35,924 nucleotides of DNA. Source: Candidatus Omnitrophota bacterium (GTDB lineage Bacteria; Ratteibacteria; UBA8468; MWAK01). The translations under genes and the position numbers were made by a program. The notes beneath the pieces were generated by a model. The model did not search any database, was not told the origin of the DNA, and saw only the letters and a program-made list of their open reading frames with translations. The stretch spans positions 1 through 35,924 of the forward strand of contig JBDRQI010000015.1 of assembly GCA_043826355.1 (NCBI GenBank), given 5' to 3'. Positions 35,781 through 35,924 of the stretch are shown in pieces (positions within the stretch are counted from its first letter, which is position 1; each line of letters opens with the position of its first letter).

Positions 35781-35924
35781 CTTCCTGAAGTTATTCTTCG
35801 GGGATTTGAACTTGAAACTTCAAGGATGGGGCGGCTCACCTGAGCCCGCCTCACCTTCTCGGCGGGCCTGCCAAACGGTGCTCTTTACTCATCACACCGG
35901 CAGTGCCGCCCGACGCAAACGATG

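Overview
Chromosomal window from a diderm bacterium (TolC, ExbB/ExbD/TonB, BamD-like and LptE genes are present; the lineage cannot be fixed from this window). The left part (1-9.9 kb) lies downstream of a tRNA(CAT), probably Ile2, and holds a partial glycoside-hydrolase-like gene, a cation:proton antiporter and an AbrB-led export operon (TolC, MacA-like, split MacB-like, DrrAB-like ABC). The middle holds hup, an MgtC/SapB gene, a DUF3108-like gene, tsaB, a GT4 glycosyltransferase and exbB-exbD-tonB. These are followed by three large secreted proteins: a ~2350-aa protein with a ~900-aa internal duplication, a GH123/DUF4091-like protein with a CFI-box tail, and a papain-like C1 peptidase. The first and third share a near-identical Gly-rich/hydrophobic/basic C-terminal tail. 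The right part holds bamD-like, lptE, holA, folC, prfB (no programmed frameshift), topA and tRNA-Glu(CTC). The most striking signals are: (i) at least five families of short palindromic or tandem repeats, several fused in-frame into the coding sequences of conserved genes (lptE, folC, holA, tsaB and the giant protein's signal peptide); (ii) a disrupted second copy of tRNA-Glu with a tandem 27-bp hairpin insert in the anticodon loop and T-arm-related elements around the intact gene; (iii) evidence of module shuffling among the surface proteins. All family assignments come from motif recognition by eye, not from database searches.
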